A stretch of 64,000 nucleotides of DNA from Octopus sinensis (Eukaryota), in assembly GCF_006345805.1 (NCBI RefSeq), contig NC_042997.1, positions 48,422,001 through 48,486,000 on the forward strand. Reading direction: 5' to 3'. Every line of letters begins with the position of its first letter. Position 1 is the first letter of the stretch. The position numbers were made by a program, and so were the translations under genes. Below are positions 1-13,636 of the stretch, piece by piece. Below the pieces are notes generated by a model. The model was not told the DNA's origin. It saw nothing but the letters and a program-made list of their open reading frames with translations, and searched no databases.

Positions 1-225
1 AGAGATCAACGTAATCACGAATGAGAAAATATTTTTTTCGCTATTATATAAGGGAAGTAACTCTCTAAAAATGTCTACGATGAGTCAACGATTTAAAAAA
101 AAGTTTACCATCATTTTTTTTCCATTTTTAATGCATTTTTTTGCTATTTTTGGCTGTAACTCTCTGAAAATGCTTATATAGTTATTTCCCTTACAAACCC
201 GAGCAACGCCGGGCGATACTGCTAG
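1..225 (+). mobile_element. Helitron-like element, 3' terminus (5' part outside the window)
   Basis: Subterminal hairpin CCCG-AGCAACGC-CGGG (198-213) followed 8 nt later by CTAG (222-225) and a T, the canonical Helitron 3'-end signature. Confidence 0.7.
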
Positions 226-1231
226 TATTGAATAAATGCTTGAAGATATAACCCGTCCATGAATCATACATCACTTCGAAAAGAAAATCTAGAACAAAAC
301 AATGCCTCACCGCCACAAATACCAATTTGATTCAACAGAAATTTCAAGAAATATATTCAAAATGCAGCCAAACGAACACAATTTTCTCTGATCACAAACT
401 ATCAATAACGTGATATCACAGGAGCCAGCTGCCTTATCGATATCAATTGTTCCTAGAGAACAATACTGACTCAGAAGACATCGTCCAATACTCAATAAGA
501 TGTTTACAACACCAATATTTAATCTATATATTCCTTCTTATTCACGTCGTATCTGATGTGCCTGAGTACTGAAATTAATTAATAAAAGTATTCAATTCCA
601 TAGACTTCTGTTGAAATTTCATAAATATTAGAAGCATATTTATTGAATTTAAGTAGCTGCATGTGATATTGAAATTGTAATGATTCCTTTACTTATATGA
701 ATAATCATTCGTTACTGAATATCATGCTGTTAATAGTATGTTTAATTTCGATAGCTTTATTTATCGCGTTATTTACTTTCAGCTGATTAGAAACTTGTTT
801 CAACATTTTACTGACTCAGCTTAATCATATAAATACGCCTCTTGTTCGGGATTATATTTAGTTTCTAACATATCTGTGGTCCGAGTGCCCGCTCAATAGC
901 AGCTCAGACCAAATATTTAAAATTTATTTGTGTATATTACAAAATTCTGTTTCACTACTTGATTCACTCTACCAATCACACACACAAACACTCACAAATT
1001 TATACGTACATATATGTGTGTGCTTGTGTGCCGGTGGGTGTATGTGTGTATGTGTGTGCTTGTGTGCGTCTACAGAAGCAGAAAGAAAGACAGACAGACA
1101 CAAAGAGAGGGTGTGAGAGAGTTCTATGAACATAATGGAATGTAATTAACGGTTAAAACAATGTATCATAAAATTCTCTCTTTCTATTCCTCTTTCTCTC
1201 TATGTATGTATATATATACACACACACACAA

Positions 1232-1272
<41 letters not shown>

Positions 1273-2159
1273 AATGTATGTGCATGAGTAGGTATGTTTG
1301 TGTAGATATATAGATATACACACATATAAGCATACTACACACACACAACGCACACAAACACGTACATATATACTTCATATAATCGCATTTTAGATTAAAA
1401 TAGCACTGGAAGGTAAATGACAATTTCTTGCTGTCTGACATGCTGAATAGTATGAAATAGTTGCAATGGTATGAAGATACACAAGTTTATTAAATGAACC
1501 GTTTAAAGAAACCAAGTGAAGCGAAATTATCTTAGCTGAAAATTCTTATACTATATCGTAATGAGATCGCAGGGCACCGTTGGCATTTACCTTGTTAGTA
1601 GGTGCTTCACCTTTAAGGCATAACAGTGTTTCTCGAGGTTTTAGGTGATACTGTGGACCTAATGATTTTCACTGCCGTTATTACCACCTTATTTGTGCGG
1701 TTTCTATTTTCTCGTCGTAATCAACTTTATTGTATGACAATGATATTTGTATCCCTCTATACGTCTATGCATTTTTATCAATTGATATATATATATGTAT
1801 GTACGTATGCACGTTAGCGTATCACTAAACCATCCATCAATTTTGATGAAGAAAACATATATACGAATAAAGAAGCGAATCCGAAAAGAGCTGAAGTTCG
1901 AATCTATCTTAAGTGATGAGCAACGGAATTTGCCGAAACTGACGTCGGTACTCAGAATTCTTGATGGGCATATTCCAGACGATTGAAATCCCTCTTAGTG
2001 TATATGTTTACCTTTATGTGAGTTGACTACAGCATTAGAGCATTTTAACTCTTATTTCTAACAACGTAGGTGTTTCTAATACCCTAATCAAATTGACTTA
2101 CAGTTGTAATTTTACTTTTTAGTGAATTATTGCAAACTGCTATTTATATTAATTTTATA

Positions 2160-2166
2160 TATCTAC

Positions 2167-2237
<71 letters not shown>

Positions 2238-2245
2238 ATATATCC
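2160..2245. repeat. (TA)n microsatellite
   Basis: Near-perfect TA run; representative of dozens in the window. Confidence 0.95.
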
Positions 2246-2485
2246 ACGTGACTTAGCTGCTCGGCAAAAAGATACCGAGGCTTAAAAGCAATACAAGTAA
2301 AAATTCAAGGCGGTGCCCCAGCATAACCGTAAATGATAAAATATGTATGACATATGCATATAGTACATAAACATATATGTATACATACATACGTGCACAA
2401 ACACACACACATATATCATTCATATATATGTGTTCGCGATTTTTTTCCTTCTGTCTTCCCTTCTCTGGATCTTTCCTTCTCCTAT

Positions 2486-2520
2486 GTTTCCGACGAAGAG
2501 CTCCGCTCGAAACGTTAAAC
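2486..2520 (+). ncRNA. Degenerate minimal hammerhead ribozyme in a short repeat
   Basis: GTTT-CCGACGA-A-GAGC(TCC)GCTC-GAAA-CG-TT-AAAC. Stem I GTTT/AAAC, stem II 4 bp, palindromic ACGT stem III. U4 is replaced by C and there is an extra A after A9. Confidence 0.55.
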
Positions 2521-2613
2521 CCTCCTTCTTTCCTTCTTTTCTGAGCTTCCAATAATACTATATTTGTTCCACGTCCTCGCGTTTTTGTAATTTTTGTCCT
2601 TTCTTGTTTGGAT

Positions 2614-2681
<68 letters not shown>

Positions 2682-2789
2682 TATATTATATTAGAGACTA
2701 AACCACTATTATGCAAATCAGACAAAGAAAGACTTAAGCCAATACATAAAATAATTTATATAAATTTAGAAATTTAACAATTATAAATA

Positions 2790-2848
2790 ACCACTACGAT
2801 CGTTTCATGTCTTATTTCAGCACATCTTTGAGACATTCTTCAGATGGT
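2790..2848 (-). ncRNA. Type I minimal hammerhead ribozyme (complete core)
   Basis: Minus strand ACCAT-CTGAAGA-ATGTCT(18 nt)AGACAT-GAAA-CGATCG-TA-GTGGT. 5-bp stem I (one G.U), 6-bp stem II, palindromic stem III ACGATCGT, GUA cleavage triplet. Confidence 0.85.
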
Positions 2849-3575
2849 TTCAAAACCTAAAATATAATCAATATTTTTAAGATATAAATAATCTATATAA
2901 TCTAAATAAAAATTTACTTATAATAAACTCTATTATTAAATATGATTATATCGAAATCGACTAATGTTAAATATTAACTTTAATTTATAAGGTAGAAATC
3001 CATATTCTAATATCCATTTTAGTCTATATCTACTTATAATAGGTATTATAATGCAGCCCTACACATTACTTATGCATACTCGCACACACACACATACAAT
3101 CACTCATTCATAAACATATACTCTCAGCAAGACACTAACACAGAGGAGAAATAGCATCCAGTAGCCGCAGATACTCAACCACATACTTATAGAAATATTT
3201 ATTCTTAGTAAAATAGTATTAAATAAATACTATATACTATATGTATGTAATAAACATATATAAATACGTAAACAAACACACACATACATATATATATCTT
3301 ACATACACAAATGCATATAGACACGGATATTTTATAATGCAGCCCTATATTTCTACACATTAATTATCCATACTCGCACACACACACATACAATCACTCA
3401 ATCATTAACGTATGCACACTGCAAGACACTAACACAGAGGAGAAACAACATCCAGTAGCCACAGATACTCAGCCACATACTTATAGGAATTTTCCATACT
3501 TAGTAATATAGTATTAAAAAATACTAAAGTACTATAAACAAAATTATGAATGGGAATATTATCTAATATAAATTA

Positions 3576-3624
3576 TGCTATTATATTAGACATGGCCTAA
3601 ACCATCTTAAGTCGAAACCTATCT
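3576..3624 (+). mobile_element. Tiny 3'-tail fragment of the same CR1-like family as the 33.6-38 kb LINE
   Basis: TGCTATTATATTAGACATGGCCTAAACCATCTTAAGTCGAAACCTATC aligns without gaps (48 nt) to the LINE 3' UTR TGCTATTAAGTTAGACATGGCCTGGGCCAATAATGGCCGAAACCTATC. Confidence 0.7.
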
Positions 3625-4199
3625 AATTTATCAAAGTTTATCTAAATAATTTAATAACTACTAACATAGAAAATTACGATAAATAGATCATTACATAAAC
3701 AGCATATTAACATAAGGAGAATATTATCACTCCTAAGGCTTATACAATATTAAAAATTAACATTTGGAGATCTAAAAAATACGTACCTTCTTGGCGAGTT
3801 ATAAACTATGAACTAATTTTGAATCACAAACATCTTAAACAGCATTTAAGAGAAAACTCATAGAATTACGTTATAAGCAAAAAATAGAATAAATTTTTGA
3901 TAAATTCTTTGCGCGTGAGGAACCAACGTTATTTAAAGAATATGAATGGAAAATTATATTTTATCATTGTAAATAGAATGCATTCACAAATAAAGAATAA
4001 AATCTCTCTATACTATAATATTTATTAATAAATAACTATAATAAATGAAACTTAATACAAAATAAATTAAATGATTAAAAACCACTTATTATTAAATACA
4101 TAAAAATAAATTTATATAGTAACCCCCCTACATATTATAAATTATTTCCCATACCCTTATATCATAATCTAAGATTAGTATTCATAACAAATATATACT

Positions 4200-4521
4200 A
4201 ATCAAAATTTATAGTATAACCATACGTACGTATACATAAATATATAAGAAAAAATCCAAACATATACATGTACATATATATATATACACATATACACATA
4301 TACATATACATGTACAAATACGTATATACACACATACACATATACATACATATACATATACATAAACATATACACATACATACTCACATACATTCATATA
4401 CATATATACACACACTTACACCCATACACATATACACACTCATACATACATATACATACATACAATACTCGATATATACACCAATATATACACACCCAAA
4501 TCCATACAAATAAATAAATAC

Positions 4522-4559
<38 letters not shown>

Positions 4560-4854
4560 CATAAATACACATATATACAAACACACACATTCACATAAAT
4601 TATAAATAAATATATATATATAAATGTCTATAATCATACTACAATACATAATAGAGGTAAATATTAAATTAAATCTAAAATAAATAAAATTGTAACTTAC
4701 CAGACTCAATATTCAATAAACCATTAAATATTTAATATTCATTAATAAAATATTTATTAATAATTTTCTGCTGCTTTAAATAAAGCATATTAATCTACCA
4801 CTGGTATTTGAATACTCTTTTTTCCACCTTGTTTCACATTTATGTGTTTACTCC

Positions 4855-4943
<89 letters not shown>

Positions 4944-4952
4944 GTGTGTGTG

Positions 4953-4993
<41 letters not shown>

Positions 4994-5008
4994 ATATATG
5001 TGTGTGTG

Positions 5009-5069
<61 letters not shown>

Positions 5070-5162
5070 CATACATACATACATACATACATACATACAT
5101 ACATACATACATACATACATACATACATACACAAACACACACACACATATATATATATATAC
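4200..5162. repeat. Compound (TA)n/(CA)n/(TACA)n microsatellite cluster
   Basis: Visible simple repeats; the source of the YIYI/MYVC pseudo-ORFs. Confidence 0.95.
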
Positions 5163-7315
5163 ATTGAGTCAGAGAATACTAAAGTGAGGCAAGGATATAT
5201 TCAGAAATCTGTCATTAAATGTCTATACTTCAAAGGTATAGCTTCTAAATATAATTACCACAACGTTTCAAACCATTGACTGTTGAATATAGTGTTTTTT
5301 CTTTGATTCTATGCCGTATATATTAAGTTTTATAGTGTTTTATAGTGTTTTATTATTTTTCAAGTTTTCTAGGTGTTAACATTCTGATGCATAGTACATG
5401 GATATTTTAGAATGATAAACAAATGAAAAGGAATTAAAGCATATATTACTTCCTGTATTCCATGATATTTGGAACCTAATTGTAACTTTTTAAAGATATG
5501 ATCTATTAATGAAATATTCTAATAATGACAGTATTGCTGTATAAACTGTATGTATATTATGTGTTACATGTATTTTGACGATGGATATTTTACAGTTATT
5601 GTTAACGTATAAGTAAATAGGATTCGAAAATATAAAAAACTTAGAAAACTTAGATAAGCTCATTTAATTGTGAAAGAATGAATAATTTTCAATATTTTAT
5701 AATATAAGAAACCGCGTGTTAACTTTTGAAATACATGAAGCAGGATGGACCATTGGAAGTGCTCTTCTATAGCAAACTGTTGAATCGCTTTGCTGTCATT
5801 TTTCGGAGTCTATCAAAAAAGTGTCATGGCAGAAATTTGTTTGCACCTAGCACAGCAATAATAATGAATAAAGTTTTTAATTTATTTCTCCCATATAAAC
5901 TAAGCCCCGATTCTCATTGAAAATATTTCACAGACCATAGCTGGCAATGATCATAAACAGTGGTGTGGACCACAAGCTCCACGATGGAAGACTCCTGCAG
6001 TCTCATTTGAAAGTGTTTCTTGGGGCAATTTTACTATGAAATTCAAGACTGTCGCAATGCATTGAAGAAAATTTATTATTCTTCGTAAAAAATGTTATAT
6101 AAGTTATAACTTATGTTATATAAGTTATAACGTTGCAAGTTGTATAGTTTTCCGAGATGCTTCTAGTGGAAGGGACAAAGATTTTTCATAAAAGCAATTC
6201 TGGTCAAATTCTTTTGATTACTTTCTGTTGTAGTCATCTTATTCCGAATTGTTGCTCTTGAATCTCTCGCCTGGACATGCTGCTCATACTGCATACAACA
6301 GATGATGAGTTGTGAATATGCATCGAAGAAACCTAGGCTTCGAGATGACAGGGAATGCTTTTTATGTCTACCAGAATGAGAGTCACACTTATTGGATATA
6401 TACCAGCATTTCATTGAGCAAAATGTTTATTTCATTTGGCGACAATAGTTAATTACCAGCTACTACTGTAAATAGAAGCGTCAAAATGCCGTTAAATGTT
6501 GGAAATATTATTCACAAATCCTAAGAAACTATATACATATGTTATACATACAGAATTATAATGACAAAGAGAGGACTCTCTGAATACGACAAAAAATGAC
6601 AATGTGCAGTATATTGATGCGACCATCATTCAAACTCAATTTTGATTTAGATTTTCATTTTCCTTCAGGCCACTGTTCGCTTTTCTTCCCCCTCTTCCAT
6701 CTCTCTCCTCTATTTCTCTTCCTCTCTCTCTCTCCCTTCCCTTAAATTCTCCAACCATTCTATAATTACGGAATTTGGATACATCAAAGGCCTGGAAATT
6801 TAAAGAGACAACTTTTCATACCTATTATATCCAATATTATCGTATCCAAAATTGTGATTGTCGAGAAAAAGGGGAAGATATCTTCAATCAGCCCAACTCT
6901 TTAATAACATCAGGTTTGTTGTTTTCGTCCATTTAATTCAATTGCCATCGGTTTCTAGCGACAATGTCTTTCACTACCACCATCAGTTACCAGGGGCGAA
7001 TACAGTAGTTGTTGTATTTGAACTGAAAAGTTCCCATGTCGCTGTCATGGTTAGCTCATTGTCGCATATTCATCAGATGCGCCCCAGAATTTACATGTAT
7101 TTAGAGCATCAAGCTGCAAAGCAAAATATGCTGTATAACTAAGGGACGCTTATTTTAGGGGTCGCATATTATTTTGCATTACAATGAAATAATTACTAAC
7201 ATCACCGAATTGAAATCACGAATAAGCAATCTAAAAAGCTCCAAGCATCGTAGTAATGCAGAAGATATCAACTCTTGATATTTATCTACATTCCATAAAA
7301 TTCTATATGCAAATG

Positions 7316-7357
<42 letters not shown>

Positions 7358-7364
<7 letters not shown>

Positions 7365-7560
7365 AATATGTTACATACTCGATAGTCAGATAAAACTCTG
7401 AGTTTCAGATGCCGAAATGGAAATCCACAACACCATCTCTTCGGTTATCTGGCTAGATAATAGCCAGATAATCGAAGAGATGGTGTTGTGGATTTCCACT
7501 TAGGCATCTGAAACTCAGAGTTTTATCTTGACTATCGAGTAATGTAACATATTATTGTAT
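7358..7560. repeat. Fold-back palindrome (~98-100 bp arms, 5-nt loop) with an HHR-like motif in each arm
   Basis: Arms 7358-7455 and 7461-7560 are near-perfect reverse complements around GATAA. Each arm reads GATAA-(C/T)CGAAGA-GATG..CATC-T-GAAA-CTCAGAG-TT-TTATC. Confidence 0.85.
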
Positions 7561-7625
7561 AGATAAATTTCCTCTATTTACATAATATTGAGGTATCTTT
7601 CTTTCTTTTGTTATCTTACCGTTTA

Positions 7626-7766
<141 letters not shown>

Positions 7767-8374
7767 TGTATGTATGTATGTATTCGTGATATTTTCTAGT
7801 GCACGTGCCAGTGTGTGTGAATAAATAAAAAGAGAAAAATGACTTTTTCCAACAACATACTCTAGAAAAGAGATAATTTCTGCACCTTAAATATACAAAT
7901 TATGTGATCTACGTTTTTGATGATTTCCTATAAAATACAGACGTCATCATCTAAGGAAGAAGCGACGATAGAGAGATGCATACGTACGTAACGAGAGTTA
8001 ATCCCATCCCACATTACGTCAATCCCAAATCACTTAATCCTGATCATACAACTGAGAATTTCTACAAATATTGAAGACATAGTAGCGCTCACTGTAAATA
8101 ATTAAGATATGCATAAGAAAGTACTGATGTGTAAAACATTAAAATATTTTTGAATCTAATACCTTATTTAAAACAAATCCATTTAATATTATATTTTATA
8201 GCCTCTTCTTCACCTCATAATTATTTGCTGTTAGCTTTTACACATATTTCCTCAGCTTGTCACTCAGTAAATCGGTTCTAGTGTTTAAAGGCAATATGTT
8301 TATATTCTTGTACATTTATTTCGTAAATTTCTATCATCTTTAAGGGGAAATCATTGCCTCACTGATTTATAATA

Positions 8375-9717
8375 TTGGGTTGTCCGGAAAGCTCTTGCCG
8401 ATTTATAGTAGCTTACATTTCGACTTGTTCTAAAATAAGTCGAAATGTAAGTTACTATAAATCGGCACGAACTTTTCGGAGAAACCAATATTTTAATTTA
8501 GAACATGGTTGAGTCCATAAAATAGGATTTGACAACACCTCCATTTAGAGCACAGTTTATGCTATCTTTTCGTGGAAGAAGGTTTATGTTCCTATAACTT
8601 GTGTTAATTCTGTAACCCTTTAAAATGGAAGATAAGAAAATTCATTTTCGGCACTTAATGCTTTTCTTATTCCGTAATGGAGAAAATTCCTCACAAACAA
8701 CCAAAGAAATATGCGCAGTTTACGGCGTTGTTTCTTTATCCGATGGAACTGTACAGAAGGGGTTCACAAGGTTCCGAGCTGTAGATTATAGTCTTATTGA
8801 TAAATAGCAAGCAGGCAGACCACAGATGATGACCAAATCAAGTCATTGATTGAGAATAACCCATATTGTAAAATGCAAGAATTGGCAGAAAGCCTTAACC
8901 TATTAAAATCCTTCGTTCATGAGCACCTGGTAAAACTTGGGTACACAAATCGCTTCGATGTTTGGGTACCACATGAGTTAAGTGAGAAGAACCTTTTGAA
9001 TCGCATTTCGATCAGTGATTCGCTTTACAAACGGAATGAAAACGCGTATTTTTAAAGCAAATTGTAATAGGTGATGAGACATGGATTATCTACCGAAATG
9101 TTCGGAGAAAGCGACCCTGGAGTAAGCGACATGAGCCACCCTTAGCCACCCCAAAAGCGAGTATTCACCCTAAAAAGTCTTGCTTTGTGTATGATGAGAT
9201 TGGAAAGGAATTCTGTACTATGAGCTTCTCATAAGTAACCAGACAATTAACTCTGAGAAGTACTGCACACGATTTGATGAGTTAAAAGCAGCAATTCAAG
9301 AGAAACGTCAAGAATTGGCCAACAGGAAGGGTCTTGTTTTCCAACATGATAATGTAAGACCGCACGTTTCTTTGGGAACCAGAGAAAAATTGCTGCAGCC
9401 CGACTGGGATATGTTACCCCACCCTCCATATTCACCAGATATTGCTCCTTCGGATTTCCAGTTATTCAGGTCTCTGCAGAATCATCTTAATGGTAAAAAT
9501 TTCAATTTCTTGGATGACGTAAAAAGATACCTAGATGATTTTTTTGCCATGAAACCACCTCAATTCTGGGAAGAGGGTATTTTCAAGGTAAAGGAAAGAT
9601 GGAGACGCATTGTGCAACAAAATGGTTCATATTTGGTTGATTAAAAATGTAATGGCAAGTATTTATTGACCTTTTTGTTTCCTTTAAAAATCGGCACGAA
9701 CTTTCCGGACAACCCAA
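8375..9717 (+). mobile_element. Mariner DNA transposon (D34D), full length, decayed
   Basis: ~28-bp TIRs TTGGGTTGTCCGGAAAG...GCCGATTT / AAATCGGC...CTTTCCGGACAACCCAA, TA target duplications at 8373-74 and 9718-19, and an internal transposase remnant. Confidence 0.95.
8625..9644 (+). pseudogene. Mariner transposase pseudogene
   Basis: Motifs WVPHEL, IVIGDETWI, FQHDN and PYSPDIAPSD with D34D spacing. Interrupted by a stop at 8805-07, a frameshift near 9050 and a further stop near 9193. Confidence 0.95.
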
Positions 9718-11559
9718 TATTAATTCCGAAACGATTGTTGGGATTACTTCCGTAATCGCTGTCCTAGATGTTTCTATATCTTCATCCATGTTCTTGAAGC
9801 CTTCACCCTAACATGGGAACATAATCAACGAAGTTCCCTGAACCGGTAGTTGGAAGTATAGAACATGTCTTCATCTCAGAAGTCGCTTTTGAAGTTCATC
9901 ACCTCGTTGACATCATACACATGTAACATGCCTCTACTCTTTATGGGATTGAACTATACAATCGTTAGATTACATGTTGCATAAGGAAATGATAATGTCG
10001 ATATCATGAAAGTATTCAATTTTTTCAACCCTTTGGGCAGTTACTTTCTCTCAATTAAACTTAAATACTATACAACATACTTTGCCAATAATCTCCATGT
10101 TTTTGAATTATGGTTTGGACTCCTTTAGATTTTGAATATTTTGTGTACATTCTTTGAAAAGTCATCTTACTTTGTGCAAAATACCTAATAAAACTGAATT
10201 CATTTGCGACAGACTTAGCGTAGCTCTAAAAGACGGATTATAATATGCATATAACGTAATTATAGTAAATGTCTCTGCACCTTCTAGTTAAACATCTTAG
10301 TAAACGGAACTTAATATATTTTTCCACCAGTGATGTAATATGTTTAGTGCTATCATACCTGCTCGAGCAACTGTGAAACTATTTCTATATTACCTGTAAC
10401 TAATCAGCTTTTGTTACTCAGTTTCTAAATATCATATCTACATTTAAAAGTATTTCGTTCTCATTTTTCCAACTAGCAATAGGAAACTGAAAGATATCTG
10501 ACACTATTTTCAAACTGAGTCTGTTATATTCTCGTATCACTGTAGCGGGAAGAAAATAAGAATTGACTGAATGACTATTGTACGATTGGAAGAAATGACA
10601 AAATCTCTCTGAAGAAACCTAAGTGCAAATATACTACAAGAAAAGCATCTACTACTGCATGAACCGTATAATTACTTGGAACTTTGGATCAATGAAAGCC
10701 GTTATAATGTTTACACAATTACCTGAAGTAGTATACGTACTGCGATTGGTAACGTAAGGCCAATGATAGGCTAACACATATTATATATGGGTTTGTGGTG
10801 ATATATAAGGTAGGTTAGAGGTTTGAACTTTGTAAATCGTAGATTTTCGGTTTTTGAAGTTCCATTACATAAAGGAATTATTTGAACACGAGGCAAGATA
10901 CATGATTAGGGAGGAAAAGCATAATATAATGTACAAATAAGGAGCGATGAGCCGAAGTGTAATGTAATGGACGAATGGAAAAAGGTTTATAAGATTCGAT
11001 TAGGCATAGATATGCCTGTATATATAACTAATGACTGAATGTAATAGAAAAGGGACGAAAGTGAAAGTAAAATGTAAAGATAAGCAATCAATTTGAAATG
11101 AGTTTCAATAATGAAGAAAGGCGAAATAGAAAGCAATTACCTGAGATTTGCTTTAAATACATACGGATTTGAAACTATGAGGGAGTATTTAGTACAGCTT
11201 CTGTATCTCAAAGGCGGGGAAAATAATTATTGAATAATCTAGGGTTCGGTAAAACAATTAATAGTCAGAAAGTAGCGTTGGTTGAATTGAACTTAATTCG
11301 AGTAAACAACTAATAAAAAATATTTGAAATGTATAAATAGGATCTGTAAAGTAGATTGTTATGAATAAATAAAAAGAAAGTTTAACGAAATGAAACACGG
11401 GAAGAAAAGCGGACACGTAAAGGATATAAAAATAGATATTACCTACAATTATGTAGTTGTATATTAATGGGGGAACAAAAGTGAACAAATAAAGGTATCG
11501 AATCATGTGTTGTCACAACTGTGTTACAAATTTATATAGATGATTTTGCATATACATAT

Positions 11560-11680
11560 ACATACACAGAGATGTATGTATGTATATATTATATGTTTCT
11601 GTGTGCGTATGTGAGTACGTATACATATATATTATATATATAAATATATTCTTACATATGTGTATAGATATATATACATA

Positions 11681-11714
<34 letters not shown>

Positions 11715-11772
11715 CACACACATATATATATATATGTGTGTTTATATATATATATATGTGTATATATATATA

Positions 11773-11857
<85 letters not shown>

Positions 11858-11875
11858 TATACTTAAGCTATATAA
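11560..11875. repeat. (TA)n/(TG)n compound microsatellite
   Basis: Visible simple repeat. Confidence 0.9.
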
Positions 11876-13586
11876 CAATATGCACACAGAAAAAAAACAT
11901 ATAGAGGCGCTTACATATAATCATATACATTATTAGACATTAAGTTCTAAAATAATGGGATTTTAGATAAAATTAATGCTTTTTGTTTACAGGGAAACAA
12001 ATTTAATAAGAGAAAAGCTAATAATGAAATAATACAAAGGAAAAATGAAATAAATATATTTTAGTCATAGAGTATTTACTTGTGTTTGGACTTCGAGCTT
12101 AGAACTCATATTTTTAATGTGAAGTATGAAATAAAAGCAGAAATCACGAATTAGTGGAGTCTACTAAGCTGCAGGGTTAGTGTGTGTGTGTTTGAATGAG
12201 AATTATTTGAGAGAACATAGTAAGTAAAAGAAAGATAAAAGTCACATAGATGCAGTATTGTTGGGTGGGTTTAAGGAAATTGGAAAGTATAAAGAAAATT
12301 TTAATTAAAATCATGTTATGTTATGTAGATTATTATGTAGAGAACGAGTTAAATGAAACTTCAAGGAAATGATAACAGAGGTAATGATATCAAATATGAT
12401 TTTTTACCAAGAGGTAAAAAAAGTTTTGAAATGTTATACAGGAAGGAAGAAGTAATGCAATTCTGAAGTTAAGAAAGGAATAGAACAACTATGTTAAGAG
12501 AATGAATATATAGGATACAATAGTTGTTGAAAGACGTAGGACAAAATGACAGTGAAACGTATTACTAAGTAAATGGTTAAAAGTATGAAAGGTAGAAAAT
12601 ATACGATGGAGCAGAAAGGTGAAAAGGCAACAATACCGGAATAAATCTTAGACCATCCTTCTAATAAGGGATCCAAAATGCTTTAGAGACGCCTGGGGAC
12701 ATATACATAAATTCCCTGAACAAAAGACTAGTAAAGTTTTCAGATTCACCAACGGCAGGAAAATATAATAACTTAGACTCGTGGGGACAAAATTTTAAAT
12801 TAACTGGGTGTATGTAATTAGTAAGCATTTGGTAAATGTTTACAAGTGGTTAGTACAACTGAGGATGGTCGTAGCAATGGCTATAATAAAGCTGTTACGT
12901 GCAGAAAGGACAATAATAAAAAAATATAATAAGTAAGAAAACTTTTAGACTATGAATAGTCAAAGAAAGACATAAATAGTGAAATATGAAGTCAGTTGCA
13001 ACATACTGCATAATTAACATAATAGTTTGTTGTGAATAGGAAGAGTTTGGTTAAAGTATTTCTTGGGATAATGCAAAATTCACAGAATTTGATTTAAAAT
13101 GTATTATTATTCTTTTATTCTTCCTATACTTCATTAGGTGATTGACTTACTTAAATCCATAGGTAAAACCGAAGAATCGGCATCGACATTATCCAGCAGG
13201 CAAAGAAATCCAGTTGATATAACCATGCGCACAACTGAAACTAGTGATCTTCATAGCCTCTTACTTGACAGATTTAGACTAAAATCCTCTCTATTATGAG
13301 GATATCTACATCGAAGCAATTTTATTTCGTTGTTCAATAACTATGGTCTATAGTGGAGTTGAGAGAATATGAATTTCTATTCTCTAATTTTACCGAAACT
13401 ACCCTTTTATAAAGTTGGACTTTAAAACAAAGACGGTACATAATCTTTCTGCTGCGTTTTAATACAATTTAATGGATCTAGATGAGTCATTAATCTATAT
13501 GCATGGATTATCTTATACTAACATAAGAATATTATTAATTTAGTTAAGAGCCTTCCATTTAGTATTTCGCTGAGAATTCAACTTAC

Positions 13587-13636
13587 CGAACAGCATGAGA
13601 ATCATTAAAGATGAAAAACCTTACGACAACGCCCAC
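13587..13636 (-). CDS. Candidate 50-nt exon of an unidentified gene (VGVVVRFFIFNDSHAV)
   Basis: Acceptor TCTCTTTTTATTTCCGCTACTTCAG and perfect donor G|GTAAGT; one frame open. No protein family recognised, and it could be non-coding. Confidence 0.3.

Larger units (their letters stand above)
2690..4200. mobile_element. AT-drifted retroelement remnant, probably Penelope-like, with an internal diverged tandem duplication (~3047-3235 vs ~3333-3530)
   Basis: Carries an intact HHR at 2790-2848, abuts a (TA)n tract, is extremely A-rich and has no open frame. The family assignment is inference from the HHR. Confidence 0.4.

Noticed and set aside
4202-5279. Many long ORFs rich in YI, MYVC or HT (also at 11.5, 15.4, 21.3, 30.8, 48.3 and 57.7-59.2 kb)
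   Set aside because: They are translations of (TA)n, (TATG)n and (CA)n microsatellites, which lack stop codons in several frames.
5726-6500. Slightly GC-richer segment with short ORFs on both strands
   Set aside because: All frames contain stops and I recognise no protein motif or element terminus.
10780-13100. Purine-rich plus-strand stretch suggestive of an ancient LINE
   Set aside because: No RT or endonuclease motif could be recovered; composition alone is not sufficient.
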